Below are positions 63,400 through 64,000 of a stretch of DNA of 64,000 nt, in pieces; position 1 is the stretch's first letter; each line of letters starts with the position of its first letter. The position numbers and the translations under genes were made by a program. Origin of the DNA: Eledone cirrhosa (lineage: Eukaryota); assembly GCA_964016885.1 (NCBI GenBank), contig OZ024741.1, forward strand, positions 412,610,001 to 412,674,000. Reading direction: 5' to 3'. The notes under the pieces are model-generated. The model was not told the DNA's origin and searched no databases. It was given only the letters and a program-made list of their open reading frames with translations.

Positions 63400-64000
63400 C
63401 CACCGCCCCACCCCCCCAAACGCAATCCAAAACTTCAGAGTTGGTACCATAAATGTAGGCACCTTAAAGGGTCGCGCTAACGAGGTTGTAGAAATGCTTG
63501 AACGTAAGGAGGTCGATGTTTGTTGTATTCAAGAGACCAGGTGGAGGGGTGGGTCTGCTAGATTCATTGAGGGTAAAAAACGATGTTATAAGCTTTTCTG
63601 GGCGGGAAACGACGATGGGCTGGGTGGAGTAGGAATCATGGTAGCAGAAAAGTGGGCAGATAAGATAATAGACGTAAATAGAGTGAACGACAGAATAATG
63701 AAAATAAGACTTGTCCTCAATAGAACTACAGTGACAGTAATATCTGCGTACGCACCCCAATCCGGACTGCCCGGCACTATAAAAGACAGATTCTATGAGA
63801 CACTGATGCTCACTACCTCCCAAATAACCGACAGTGACTATATAATTATTGCAGGCGACCTAAATGGTCACGTTGGACAACATTGTGACGGCTACGACGA
63901 AATCCATGGAGGCTATGGGTTTGGTACTAGAAATGAGGAAGGCTCCAGAATCCTGGAATTCTGTGACGCAAATAACCTAACTATCTGTAACACTAACTTC
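63400..64000 (+). mobile_element. RTE-clade LINE 5' region, APE endonuclease (runs off the window)
   Basis: FRVGTINVGTLKGRANEVVEMLERKEVDVCCIQETRWRG...SAYAPQ...AGDLNGHVG...NLTICNTNF; appears open to the window end. Confidence 0.9.

Overview
AT-rich, microsatellite-laden animal DNA. The SINE/LINE repertoire looks octopus/cephalopod-like (inference). There is one clear host gene: a two-exon Shaw/Kv3-like voltage-gated K+ channel (15347-15913 + 27211-28308, 554 aa, about 11.3 kb intron) with a non-canonical S6 gate (TVP instead of PVP). Almost everything else is transposon-derived: RTE, R4/Dong-like, CRE-like and Tx1-like LINE remnants, tRNA-headed SINEs, Helitrons, piggyBac/pogo MITEs, a mariner remnant and many Penelope-like (GIY-YIG) remnants. 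The most striking feature lies outside the ORF track: about a dozen complete or near-complete minimal type I hammerhead ribozyme motifs (CTGANGA...GAAA-short stem III-TH) from several unrelated sequence families. Many sit inside head-to-head fold-back palindromes of about 75 bp to 1.6 kb, often next to (TA)n. They include a near-perfect 385-bp twin-hammerhead palindrome in the channel intron and a non-coding ~429-nt tandem unit with one hammerhead that resembles a retrozyme. All pairings were read by eye and none were folded computationally.
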